A DNA stretch of 63,280 nt, filler included, from Nemertoderma westbladi (taxonomy: Eukaryota; Animalia; Xenacoelomorpha): NCBI GenBank assembly GCA_032718475.1. It is 3 parts of 3 records of this genome, joined end to end, with 100 filler letters (N's around TTAATTAATTAA, not from the genome) between each part and the next. Parts side by side here need not be neighbours in the genome. Positions count along the whole stretch, not along the records: positions 1 to 28,261 come from JAUCBJ010003315.1; positions 28,362 to 52,893 come from JAUCBJ010002017.1; 1 more part is not named here. One strand, written 5' to 3'. The position numbers and the translations under genes are program-made. Each line of letters begins with the position of its first letter. Positions within the stretch are counted from its first letter, which is position 1. The notes below the pieces were generated by a model. It had not been told where the DNA came from. It saw only the letters and a list, made by a program, of their open reading frames with translations, and ran no database searches. This document shows positions 24,182 through 35,849 of the stretch, piece by piece.

Positions 24182-24270
24182 ATCGCCATGCTGCATTGCA
24201 GCTGCATTAAGAAAGCTATGCCAGCTTATCGAAAAAATTGCGCCGCCACAACTGTTTTTATCCCATAACT
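24182..24270 (-). mobile_element. RTE family 1 extreme 3' fragment
   Basis: Reverse complement of about 1490-1578 (CATGCTGCATTGCAGCTGCATT...CGCCACAACT). Confidence 0.7.
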
Positions 24271-24597
24271 TATGCGAGATAATTCACTCTAAAAGTAAGT
24301 GATAGGTGAACGTGTAAAATACGAAAAAACACTAATGGGGAAAACCCATCCATGGGATGTGCTGATTGCTTATGCTGCTATATTTGTGTGGATCATATAT
24401 CCAGGAATTATATTCTCCTAATTCAGGTACACACGCCACCAACCTCCATCCCATTTTTCTACAAATCGTATTGCGATTGCATGAAATGTGAAGTGAATGT
24501 AAGATCAGTCCTTGGGGGTCTGACTTCATGAGTCAGAATTGTTATTTTTGCTTTAAATAAGAGCTTTAAAGAAGTGTCTCCATCTATATTTCACCAG

Positions 24598-24860
24598 TTA
24601 CTGTACTACTACTAGTAGTAGTTGCAGCGAGCTCGGGCAGTGGAAATTAGGTCCTTCCACGGAAATTAGGTCCTTGTCCTTCTGGTTGCCAGAAAAGTAG
24701 ATCTGGTATGACCTCTTGTTTACTTTTCCAGCAGCATTGAATCGTAATTTGCTTTCACGAAAAGTGGTTGATACAGGTGGTATTGTACCATAACGCTCGG
24801 TGTTTATCATGTGTTGTCTACAGCTGATGTTTTGTGTTGCCCTTTAGTCTTGTGTAACTA
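24598..24860 (-). mobile_element. RTE family 2 decayed 3' fragment
   Basis: YGTIPPVSTT motif and (TAG)n tail; similar to 48690-49035. Confidence 0.8.
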
Positions 24861-24888
24861 GACGCAATGTTCCACAATATGGTGTTAG

Positions 24889-25132
24889 CAGATAGGGGGG
24901 GAAACTGAACGCAATAAAAATTCATCCCTCTTCAGGGAAAATTCGACGCAAATAACAGCTGATTACTCTCAAAAATAAAACTGTAACCTGTTCTATAGTG
25001 TTTAGTTTATTGTTTTGGTTAAAATAACGTGCCACTGTAACCTGCTCCTTTCCCTAAATTGAGAATTTAACATTGAGGCGGGATATTAATTCGCCAAGGC
25101 GGGTTTTGCGTCGAGTTTCCCCCCCCTGTCTC
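24889..25132. mobile_element. hAT-like MITE (about 245 bp)
   Basis: TIR CAGATAGGGGGGGAAACT / AGTTTCCCCCCCCTGTCTC; flanks GGTGTTAG (24881) and GGTGTTAA (25133) resemble an 8-bp TSD. Confidence 0.7.
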
Positions 25133-25139
25133 GGTGTTA

Positions 25140-26550
25140 AGAAACGATAACTTTTTAGAAGTAAAAGTGTCTGAGTCTGTACTCCCAGATATTTCCACTG
25201 TCGATATCTCCTTTGCTGAACTCAAGGCTGCTGCAAAGAGCATTAAGACCAATCGTGCCAGTGGAGTAGATGGTGTACCCCTGAGGTCTTAAAAATACCT
25301 AAGTGTTTAAAGCTCATCTATCCCATCATAGTAGACATGTACCGAACAACAAGAGTCCCACAAGAAATGAAAACAAATAAGTTGGTGCCAGTTCCCAAGA
25401 TGGGCAACCTAACACTCTATGGTTCTTTTGCGGGGAATCTCATTGATCTCGATTGCTGCAAAGCTATACAATTATACAACTTTCATTATATGGGATTCCT
25501 GATGAAATTATTGCAGCAATCAGATCAGTATACGAAGGTTCGACAACATTTGTGTCTACTTTTGACGGTGACACAGAACCATTTGAAGTGTTATGGGGCG
25601 TCCTCCAAGGAGACACACTTGCACCATTCTTGTTCATTATTGTGGTTGACTATGTTCTACGCATGTCCTTAGATCATTATAATGATGATGGGGTGATGAT
25701 AACTCCACCTACTGGCTCCAGAAGTCGAGGAAATCCTGCCAAGTACCTGATCTAGACTTTGCTGATGACTTAGGAGTACTCTCAGAATCATTAGAGGGAG
25801 CCCAACGGCTCCTCAGCTCATTAGAACATGCTGCTTCTACTGTTGGTCTTTTTATTAACTCCAGAAAGACCAAAATTCTGACAGTTAACTTTGAAAGTCC
25901 TCAGCAAGTCTCTGATCGGATGAGCATAAGCTCAAAGGATGGTATGCTTGAGCATGTGGACGACTTCTGTTACCTGGGATCATGGATCCGGAAGTCAGGT
26001 GAGGACCTTCGAATACGTAAGGGAAAGGCATGGGCAGCCTTGAATAGGCTTTCCAGGATTTGGAAGTCACCGAGAATTAATCGGAAACTTAAGGTCCGAT
26101 TATTTAGAGCAGCAGTAGTTCCAGTACTCCTCTACGGGAGTCCATGCTGGGCTCTAACTGCTGAGGACACCAAATCTTTGGATGGCACATTCACAAGAAT
26201 GCTACGCCGGGTACATTGTGTCAAGTACAATGCACACATCTCCAACCAGACACTATATAACATTGGAGGTAGATTGGAGTAGATGGTGTTCCCCCTGAGG
26301 TCTTTAAAATACCTGAGTGTTTAAAGCTCATCTATCCCATCATAGTAGACATGAACCGAACAACAAGAGACCCACAAGAAATTAAAACAAATAAGTTGGT
26401 GCCAGTTCCCAAGAAGGGCAACATAACACTCTATGGTTCTTTTCGGGGAATCTCATTGATCTCGATTGCTGCAAAACTATACAATAGAATTCTATTAAAT
26501 CGCATCAGGTATCCCATTGTGAGACTGCTCAGTGGAAATCAGAATGGGTT
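25140..26550 (+). mobile_element. RTE family 1 RT fragments (internally deleted, frameshifted; 26270-26550 is a second overlapping piece)
   Basis: LVPVPKKG, RGISLISIAAKLYNRILLNRI, YGIPDEII, GVLQGDTLAPFLF, DFADDL, FCYLGS. Confidence 0.9.
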
Positions 26551-26552
26551 GC

Positions 26553-27435
26553 TTAAGGGGTGCCCCCACCTTGGGTAAAATTATCACATTTTTGGTTTTC
26601 TATTTCTTCTGATGCAGAATTTAATGGGGAGTTCAAATCTTGAAACAGTTTGGCGAGATCTTTTTTAGTTCTCGAGTTATCGCTTTCTTTCCGTCTATCA
26701 GTTTGTTCGTCAAAATTTAGAAGACAGACAGACAGACAGGCTGTCAGACAGACAAATTAGATGCCACCAAACATTAAAACTGACATCAGAAATGAAATCA
26801 CCGACCCTGAAAACCCCCATATTGATTATTTTAGTGAGTTGGTATGAAGCCATAGTGTCAAACATTACCGACCGATTAACAGACTACAGACAGTCAGGTT
26901 TGAGCGGGAAGGTTCAAATTTTAAAGCAAATTATCGCGGAATTACATTTCACGATATTTCCATTTTTCAAAATACTACCCCTCCGCCGTTTTTCACCCAA
27001 AATTCGATAATTTATGGCTCGTTGGAAAGGTTTTTTGAACATCTTGAAAAATTATCCAGCACTTTTTTGAAAATTTTTTTTTTAAATATTATTGAAAATT
27101 TTAATTAATTTAATTAATTTTAATTAATAAATTTACTTAAAAATTAATAATTTAAAAAATCGGCTGGATAATTTTTGTAGAAACGATGGTGCTGTGTCCA
27201 AAAAAGTTGGCTTCAAAAAAATTCGATAAATATTAATGGACTAGTAGTGTTTTTAGTGAAATATTTAATTCCGCCACTCGCCACTAGAGGGACACAAAAA
27301 AATTTAAAATTTCAATTTTTGTTGCTCTTTGGCCTTCCCCACGTTTGCTGAACACAACATAACAGTGATATTGACCTACACCACGCTGTTTGAGCTGTTT
27401 AAAAAAAATCTCTCCTGAGGGGGTACCCCCTCACA
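26553..27435. mobile_element. Non-autonomous DNA-transposon remnant related to the interior of 6717-8229 (opposite orientation)
   Basis: GCGGGAAGGTTCAAATTTTAAAGCAAATTATCGCGGAATTACATTT (about 26903) is an approximate reverse complement of about 7505-7550; CCACTAGAGGG vs CTCCCTAGCGG. Confidence 0.55.
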
Positions 27436-28261
27436 TTTTTTAAAAAGTTACGAAATCTATAATTAACAAATATTTTTTTAATTGTTCTAGAACAAAATAA
27501 TTTTGTTCTAGAGTAAAAATTATTTTTAAATGAAATAGCTAACATTTTCTAGATAATTTTCAAAATGGGAACAAAAGCTCTAATTAAAAGTTATTTTTAA
27601 TGTTCTATAACTGAATATTATTTCTAGAATAAAATTTATTTGCCAATATAATATATAACAGGTAACACTCACAAATTAGCAAGCTAATACTAATTTTTAT
27701 GATACAGCTACTACCACTTATTTATCATATAACATTCTAGAATTTTGCGAACAATACTAATATATAATATGAATATTCAAAATACTATATACCTATACTA
27801 TTTATAATAATCATACAAAAAGTACAAATATTGATTGTATAATATTATCAGTGAAATTACATACATACATTGAGATATAAGCACTTTAACGAAAGTTAAT
27901 TCCGCCACAGGCCCTTCTAATAATACTACGAAGTTGATATTGACATATACACAAAATGTTCTAGAACGTATTCAAACTATACATTCTCAAATTATCAAAT
28001 GGTCGTATTAAGTAATTGACAAAGATAATAAATGTATATGTACCTCCGAAAGTTATTTGACTATTAATCATAAAACTTCACCATTTAAATAACTTTTTAT
28101 AGAAAATTTCTATAAAAAATTCCAAATACAAAAAAAAAATATTTATTTCACACCAAATAAATATTAAATGTTAAATGACAAAAACACTGAAAAAAATAAA
28201 TTGAAATAATATTGAATATCATAATAAAACCAAATAGAGTTGATGAAATCGATCAATAATG

Positions 28262-28361
28262 NNNNNNNNNNNNNNNNNNNNNNNNNNNNNNNNNNNNNNN
28301 NNNNNTTAATTAATTAANNNNNNNNNNNNNNNNNNNNNNNNNNNNNNNNNNNNNNNNNNNN
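28262..28361. other. Artificial contig spacer N44-TTAATTAATTAA-N44
   Basis: Six-frame stop linker centred in N runs. Confidence 0.97.
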
Positions 28362-29158
28362 TATTCTATCTATATGACTTTACTAAACGTTGGGTAAATA
28401 TTGCATAAGGGAGAATGGATTCTATGGAAAATAAAAAACTCGGAAAACAAGTTACTTAAGGTTTTGGGCAACTTTATATCACTTTATTTCACCCTGCTGA
28501 AATATTAGTAAGATAAATTCTAATAATAATATTTGACAATAAATGTTTTACTAGACTAACATATTATTTGGATATAATCAATACATTTCAGTTCTATTCA
28601 ACGGATATTCATTCATGTAATTTATTTCACTATTTACAATTCTGGGATCCCCTTAAAAAAAGTCGGTGGATCGCTATATTGTTATAGATTTGTTTGGTGT
28701 TCTGATGTCTGAAAATTTGAAACATGTTCTCAAAATATAGCAACGAGGTTTGTATTTAAAGGATTAGTTCGCTAATATTATGACTTATTACTGATAAGTT
28801 ATGGGAATTTCCCATCGATATGTTATAACATGAATAATAACCTAGCGGTATGTATAAATACTGGTTGTTCTAATAATAAAGTAGTTAGGTAAATAAACAC
28901 TCTTATCAGACAAACTCATATCAGGGGCTGCGACCAGTTAGACACCACCAAAGGGGAGTGGGAATTGAGTTTCTAACAATTATAATTCAAGAACTTTTGA
29001 AGGCCATTGCGGTCCATTATGGGATAAAAATAATTAAAAAAAATCCAAAGCTGTAAAAACTAGAACCTCTACGAATTATAAACTCGATTAATAGCACAAT
29101 TGGCAGATTCTGGGTATAACTTATTATAATTATATGAAATAAATAAATTAAATTTAAA

Positions 29159-31687
29159 CTATTTATTTTCTGATTCTGTGGAACTCCTTTGAGTATTAAA
29201 GCAGAAACTCCCGGTATCGTAGACGAGCAACCTGGTTCGCTCCCGTATCTCGTCGTCCAGGACTCCGATCTCCGCCTGCAGCTGCAGGAATTCCTCGCGG
29301 TCTAAAGCGAAATCGCTATCGGGAAGTCTCGGAACCCACTGCGTTCTAGAACCCGTTGTTCTAGAATAGGAGTCATCGCGGAATGTCGGTGAGTATTCTA
29401 CGTCGTCGCTACTGGCGTTGATCGAGCTGTAGAGATTGTTAGCGATAGTTCTAGAATCAAGAATGTGGTTTCCTATATGCGACGAAGGATCGCAGACAGT
29501 GGAGGGAGGGTCGTTGTCGTCTAATACAGAATGTCCCGTTATCCATCTGTTACTCGATGGGTCGTTATCATTACTGGCTAGGGGGATGTCTGTTAATGTT
29601 TGTGCGGGTTGTCCATCAACATTTATTTGTCCGTCAATTTGTTCGGAGGAATTTTGACTGTGAATTAGAATCTCAGGGATAATTTCATCGTTAATTATTT
29701 CTGCGGATTTCCTTTTAATTTCTGAAGTAAAGTTTCCATTAATTTCGGATGATTTTTGTTCCGCTGGACGAATTTCAGGACCAGCAATCTCGGTTACAGT
29801 TGCTTCTCCGTTGCTCTTTAACTTAGTGTTCACTATCTGCTCTCCATCAATAATTTTAATTGGTTTTTTGTCGGGATTAAATTGATTAGTTTTATTAGCA
29901 GGAGAATCCTCGCCATCAGAGGAATACGAGGGGTTACAGATAGAAAGGGAAGGCCTCAGATACTTCTTCCCCTTGGAGTCCACCTCCGCGCTCGCTATCG
30001 GCTCAACAACCGACCAATCGTGACCATCCTGGATATTAAACCTACGGAATATATCCTGCACGGCGCGCGCCTCCAGTTTGGGCTGGCCGATTCGCCCGTC
30101 TGTCTCGATGGATTTACTCAGAGTGGCTTTACGTTTCGTCGCGATGAGCTGATCTGGGGGGCCGGGGAATCGAGAGAGCTCGCGAGTCGAGGAAGTTAGC
30201 TCGGAATCCTCGCGCCGCTGCCGCAACGGCCCCTGCGACTTGGATCGCTGTCCGCTTTTATCCTGACGATTTAAATTTCGCGATCTGCTGCTGTCCGTCT
30301 CGTCTCGCGTTATAAACGCAGAGCTGTGAACCGAATCGTCGAATTTAACGTTAAATCTTTTATCTAAAAGAGATTTTAAGTTTAATAAAGTCGGTTTAAA
30401 GTCAGAAGTCGGAAGTCCGCAGTATTGTCGGAGTTGCGCTATCGATTTGTTTAAGAGGAAGACTCCGTACCCGAAGTGGTAGGGTTCCTGCCCCTTTTGG
30501 AACAGCGGGCATTGGCGTTCCGCCTCGAGTAATCCGTGGGTTATGTGGTCGAGGATGTAGGAACGGCTGCCCCGGAACTCGATGGAGTAGAGCGAGGGAA
30601 TGTCGAGGAAACGGAAGACGAGTTGGATGAGATGGACGGCGTAGCCCAGTGCGGCGGCCGCCGATTCTGGGGGCACCGATTGATAGTCCAAGGCGCCCGG
30701 GAGTTTAAGGTTGCAGATGTAGTAGTCCTTGTTAGGGAAACTAACTATTGGGAGGATGTAGGAGAGTTGTTGGAGTAATTGTTTGCGTCGAGCCGAACTT
30801 AGAGCTCGCGATTTCAGAAGAAACTCCCGTTTCGCTTGAACATCTTTCCGAACTTCAAGGGCAAATAACTTCGATTTACTTATTTCATCGATTTTATTAT
30901 CTAATTTACTCGTTTTATTTCTTATAAAAACCTCCTGTTTCGATAGAATAGAATCCAAATGTTGGCAGGCAACTCGTTTTTTATTAATTTCCTTTCGTAG
31001 CAGAGATAATCTACCAATTATTTCGCGTTTAGCCAAACTCTTATTTATCATATCTTGCATGTTGTTTTTGCCGTCTAGAATTTTATCGCAATAATCTCGC
31101 ATATCCGAGGATCTGCTTTTAATATCGGCGACGACTTTCATTGATTGCCAGACTCGACACAACCCCACAATGCTTACCGAGAGTTTAGAAAACTCCTTAT
31201 ACCGGTAGTTCAAACTGAAAGTTTCTAAAGATTCCTCGGATTCTTTCGAACGTTTAAAGGTTTGAGGAAGTCCGTAGAAACCATCCTTAGTCCCGAAAAC
31301 CAGACAGTTGTAAACTTTCGGTTTCCAAGCGCTGTTAAGAAGAAACCCTATGAACTCTAGTTCAGATAAATCGACATCAAAACTTCTAATGTTCGAATCG
31401 CATGAATTATAAACGTGTATAATTAAATTCTTGGATGGTTGGGAATAATTTGATGGTTTATTTATTGGTAAAGACCAGGTAGGATTGAGGGAATTGTAAC
31501 ATATCTCTGATTTATAGAGAATAATAGATTCGCCACTGTTATTATAGTTGATTGTGATGTACGAATCCATGGGAGTTTTCGATTCTAAGCATCGTATAGC
31601 AATTAATTTCAAGTGACGGAAACGAATAGTTTTAAGACAATGCGCATAGCAGTACGGTTTAATAACGACATTATTACTATTAGACAT
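29159..31687 (-). CDS. UVRAG: UV radiation resistance-associated gene protein (Vps38/UVRAG), single coding exon, about 842 aa
   Basis: RFRHLKLIAIR, C2-like YKSEICYNSLNPTW, coiled coil, LSYILPI...ICNLKLP...AALGYAVHL...GSRSYILDHI...YGVFLLNKSIAQLRQYCGL...TLLNL, disordered C-tail; first in-frame ATG is 31687 (the ORF track starts at a TTG). Confidence 0.9.
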   Translation of the reverse strand: MSNSNNVVIKPYCYAHCLKTIRFRHLKLIAIRCLESKTPMDSYITINYNNSGESIILYKSEICYNSLNPTWSLPINKPSNYSQPSKNLIIHVYNSCDSNIRSFDVDLSELEFIGFLLNSAWKPKVYNCLVFGTKDGFYGLPQTFKRSKESEESLETFSLNYRYKEFSKLSVSIVGLCRVWQSMKVVADIKSRSSDMRDYCDKILDGKNNMQDMINKSLAKREIIGRLSLLRKEINKKRVACQHLDSILSKQEVFIRNKTSKLDNKIDEISKSKLFALEVRKDVQAKREFLLKSRALSSARRKQLLQQLSYILPIVSFPNKDYYICNLKLPGALDYQSVPPESAAAALGYAVHLIQLVFRFLDIPSLYSIEFRGSRSYILDHITHGLLEAERQCPLFQKGQEPYHFGYGVFLLNKSIAQLRQYCGLPTSDFKPTLLNLKSLLDKRFNVKFDDSVHSSAFITRDETDSSRSRNLNRQDKSGQRSKSQGPLRQRREDSELTSSTRELSRFPGPPDQLIATKRKATLSKSIETDGRIGQPKLEARAVQDIFRRFNIQDGHDWSVVEPIASAEVDSKGKKYLRPSLSICNPSYSSDGEDSPANKTNQFNPDKKPIKIIDGEQIVNTKLKSNGEATVTEIAGPEIRPAEQKSSEINGNFTSEIKRKSAEIINDEIIPEILIHSQNSSEQIDGQINVDGQPAQTLTDIPLASNDNDPSSNRWITGHSVLDDNDPPSTVCDPSSHIGNHILDSRTIANNLYSSINASSDDVEYSPTFRDDSYSRTTGSRTQWVPRLPDSDFALDREEFLQLQAEIGVLDDEIRERTRLLVYDTGSFCFNTQRSSTESENK

Positions 31688-32505
31688 CGCACCGAAATCA
31701 CGAGTCCAATCCAAACCAGTTCCGTTACCGGTACATATTAAGATTATACTGCATTATTCTTTTATGTTGATTGTTGACAGACGTAATGGCCTAACTGCCT
31801 ACACCTGGTGGAGAAGAAAGTACAGGTTTACTTAATTACCCGGTCAGCCGGTATTACTTTTTACAGACCTTCCTTCCGATGGGTTAAGGAAAATAATTAT
31901 TTATTACATGGGAAAAAAGTAAAACTTTTCACTATTCTACAGGCATTTTACTTACCGAGCGTCAGCGACCTTAATAAAGGGTCGAGAGAAAATTGAAAAA
32001 AAATAAACTAAGTTTTTCCCATGTAATACTAATACTGTAATACGTAATTTTATTCTTAATTTGGTACTTTTTTTGTTGGCCAATTCTTTAATAAAATACC
32101 AGCTGACCAGTATAGAGCGATACCGGTATAGTCTGAGTGTTTTTCAAAATAAATTTAGCAGTACTGGTTGGCGGTTGCCGGTTAACCGGTAATACAGTCA
32201 GACAGTAGTATTTTACTAGGCCTATATCTGTATATTGCTTCCATCAGTCCATAGTTACTGCGATTCCAATTACTGCACTCTTAAACTCCTGATGCTGCCT
32301 TACTCAATGTTAATTAGCCCAATTAGGTGTTCTCGAATATTTGTAATTTTTGAGTTTAACTTTTTATCTTAGAAATTTTTAGTATAACCTAACTTTTTTG
32401 AGTGTGAGTGAATGGATTTTGTTTAAATTACGTGCAAACCTTTTCTACTTCGATGCTTTACAGTCAGGCCTCAGCTGCAGGCAGTGACAAACTGATAAAC
32501 ACTTT

Positions 32506-34468
32506 CAGTCGGTGAGAAGTCAAAAATTGGACTTGAGTCCAAAATTGGACTTCGACTCCAGTTCAAGTCCAAAATTGGACTTCTGTGAGTCCAATATTGG
32601 ACTTCAAATCAGCCAATTGTTCCAGGGCCTTGGTTAATTGGATCGGGCGGGATTTTTTTTCTTTAATCTAAAATATATCAAAAAATAAGAGTTTTGAACA
32701 GGGGGACCTGAAATTCACCAGGGGGAACTTTTTTTATAGGTAAGGCTTTGAATTTTTACAAAAGTCCAATATTGGACTTTAAGTCCAATTTTGGACGTGA
32801 CATTGAGAATCGAACTTAAAGGTACATGAAGCATGACAGATGAGAGACAGCCAGACAGCTGTTAAGTTATGGAAAGTTACCTTTGCAGCTCTGTATGTAT
32901 CTTCAGTGTACTGACTGTACTGTACTTAGAATATAATGGTACATTCTAGCATTCTAGGTAGGCCTACTCTAGGTACTTTACTTTTAGCATATTGTTTAGT
33001 TTACAATTTACATTCATGTTATGTCTAACCTTACAGCCTTATGTACCCAGGACTTTATAGTGTCTTTAGGACTAGATTAGATTATGCTCCAACAAATATT
33101 TAATTACAAATTATATTTGGTGGATACTGGTAGCAATGCCAGGTTTGCCAACTGCAGCAGCTGCTAAGGCTAACTACAGTACAAGCTACGATTTCGTCTA
33201 AGGCTATGGGAGCCCTATCAGAAAGAAATACTACAAGTTGATGCTACCACCATCTCTTCTAATTTTTCCATACAACAGGAAGGGTATTATAAAACGGCTG
33301 GATAACAGGATAATGAATTTGGATTAGTAACTGATTAACGTGTTGGGGTCTCCACATAATACTGTAATAAGTACAGAAGTAACAAGTAACACACGTCATA
33401 ATCATAAACCAATTGAGGGAAAGGAACAGGTTACAGAGGCAGGCTTTTCTAACTAAAACAATAAACGGCCACTTTTGACTTTACCAATTGAAGGAGCCCT
33501 ATAACCTCACCACATACTGACATACCGGTACTACTACTATAATCGGCATGATTCATTGCAGCTGCATTATATATATAGGCCCTATTATGTATTAAGAATG
33601 CTGTGCCGGCTTGTTGACAAAAGTGCGCCTCCACAACTCCCTTACACTCTTACAGTCTTATCACCCATGACATTTGCTAGATCATCCGCATCTTCAAGGC
33701 CAGTGTCCTTCAAGACAGTAAGGAAGATGCGTCTCAAGAAAGTCATGGGCTGTCCACCATCATGCGTATTCACTTCATGAGGTGCACTGGCTGGTCCTCA
33801 CGGCTTAAAGCGATGTCCTGCAAAGCGGAGGTGGCTTTGTTCTAGTGTCAAGCTTGGGGGAACCAATGACTGAATGAGATACCTCCAACTCCAATGTTAT
33901 ATAGTGTCTGGTTGGAGATGCAGAGGTGTGTGCATTGTCTGATTGTACTTGACACAGTGAACCTAATCAAAACAATTAGTCAATAAACATTAACTCAATA
34001 ACATAATAGGTTATAGTTTACAGTAGTCTTATTTTTGCCATACGAAAATACCACAGGTATGGCAGTCAGTATGGGTATGATTGAACTATAACTCCTGAAC
34101 TCAACTACGCTACCGCGGTATACACCGCTAAGGCAGTAAGGCTACCGCAAAGCTATACCACTACCGCAAAAAGTAACTACTGATGTCTGACTGTACGTGC
34201 TGACGTGTGCGATCCCTGTTTATAACATTGTATAATAAATATAACAATTAATTTGATCATTAAAATAATGTTGCATTGTAATTATGTAATATACTGATAT
34301 ATATGTACTGATACGGGATGCAGTTTTGATTTAAATACCGATATACAGTATGGCAGCATGGGTACACTTGGAGTTGTACTAAAGTCCAATATTGGACTTT
34401 GGAGTCCAAAATTGGACTTGAAGTCTAAAATTGGACTTGAAGTCCAATTTTTGACTTCTCACCGACTG
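32506..34468. mobile_element. Non-autonomous TIR element with 5-bp TSD and palindromic subterminal repeats
   Basis: 29-bp perfect TIR CAGTCGGTGAGAAGTCAAAAATTGGACTT; ACTTT on both flanks; repeated AAGTCCAA(A/T)ATTGGACTT inside both ends. Confidence 0.8.
33529..33960 (-). mobile_element. RTE family 1 3' fragment nested in the TIR element
   Basis: Reverse complement of about 1225-1582 with a (TAG)n tail. Confidence 0.85.
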
Positions 34469-35849
34469 ACTTTTCCGCTGTCGCCATTTTTGGACGTTTG
34501 TTGATTTTTTGCATGGATACATTGTCATTTGAAAAATATAATTTCTGGCCTGTTTGCAAATGCCTGAATGCCCTCCATTTGCTTAAATTATCTTCAATTT
34601 GTCCAAATTTACAGACAGGAGAGAGACACAGGCGCGGAGACACCCAAGCGGCCAAGAGTGGGTAGGCGTATTTAAAGACCGTACTGCAGTACCGGTACTG
34701 TACTGTACTCGTACTGCTGTAAACACGTAAACAGTTGATACAATTTTAACTAAACTTTAATATAACTATCTGAATAGGGCCTATTCCACGCAGATAATTT
34801 TACGGTATGGAATTGGAATTGTTTTATTGACATCAAAGTACCATATGAAAACAATACGAAAGTAAATGTGGTAGAGGTAGAGTATAAACAAACACCGACA
34901 TAAGAAACGCATTTAGGTAGGCCTACTGCCAGACTGGCTACTGATTTACACATAATTTAAGACGGACTTGCTCATGAGATTACTACCGGTCAGCCGGTAG
35001 TTCAAGTTATACTAAAATATAAGTGAAATATGATGTCGGGGATAGCCCCAAGAGACAATGTATCGTTTCCATGGGGGTCCCCTTCTCGTTTCCCGGGGTA
35101 CGTACAGCAGTACGGTACAGGTCAGCCGGTAGCATTACAGCATTAAAAAACCGGCTGACCGGCTCCTATTGCCTATAGGCCTACTGCTGCTATATTCGAA
35201 ATAGGCCCTAAATTGTATTAATATAAAACATAAAACTGTACAAACTCTACTCTATGTAATAATCTATAGGATGATAGCTGGATAGGTACCGTACTGCCGT
35301 ATAACATAGCCTATACCTGCCGACCTGTATACGGTACGGACATAAGATTAGATATTCATTCATTCTCTTTATTAATAAATAATAGGCCTACACAATAAAA
35401 CACAATTCCCGGTCCGGCTCCGGTCAATCCGGTCTACCAGTATCTGACTGATGGAGTGGAGACTAGGACTGTAGGAGACTATATTAAAAATCGGCAGTGA
35501 TTTTTATGTCCTTTTATTTGACTTTTTTTGTCCTTTTTTTTTACGAATTATGCATAATGACTTTTGTTGTCCTTTTAATGACTTTTATTGTCCTTTTAAT
35601 GACTTTTTATGTATGTATTTCTTCAAACTGTCAGACTGCTGATTTCTGGACTGTCAGACAGTTGATTTCACTATGCCTGTGCCAAAACATTCCATGATTC
35701 CATGATTTATAGACTATGAGATAGATTTCCATATGCGCCTGTGGTAAAAAGACTCTATATTCAGATATTTAATAGTTTGTGGTTGTTGTCGATAATCGAT
35801 TACCACATGACGTAGCAAAACACTAATTTTATAGCCAAAAACAATTACC

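Noticed and set aside
28306-28317. TTAATTAATTAA palindrome as a regulatory or target site
   Set aside because: Embedded symmetrically in N runs twice; an assembly linker
31688-31714. UVRAG start at 31714
   Set aside because: That codon is TTG; the first in-frame ATG is 31687 and none lies upstream before an in-frame stop
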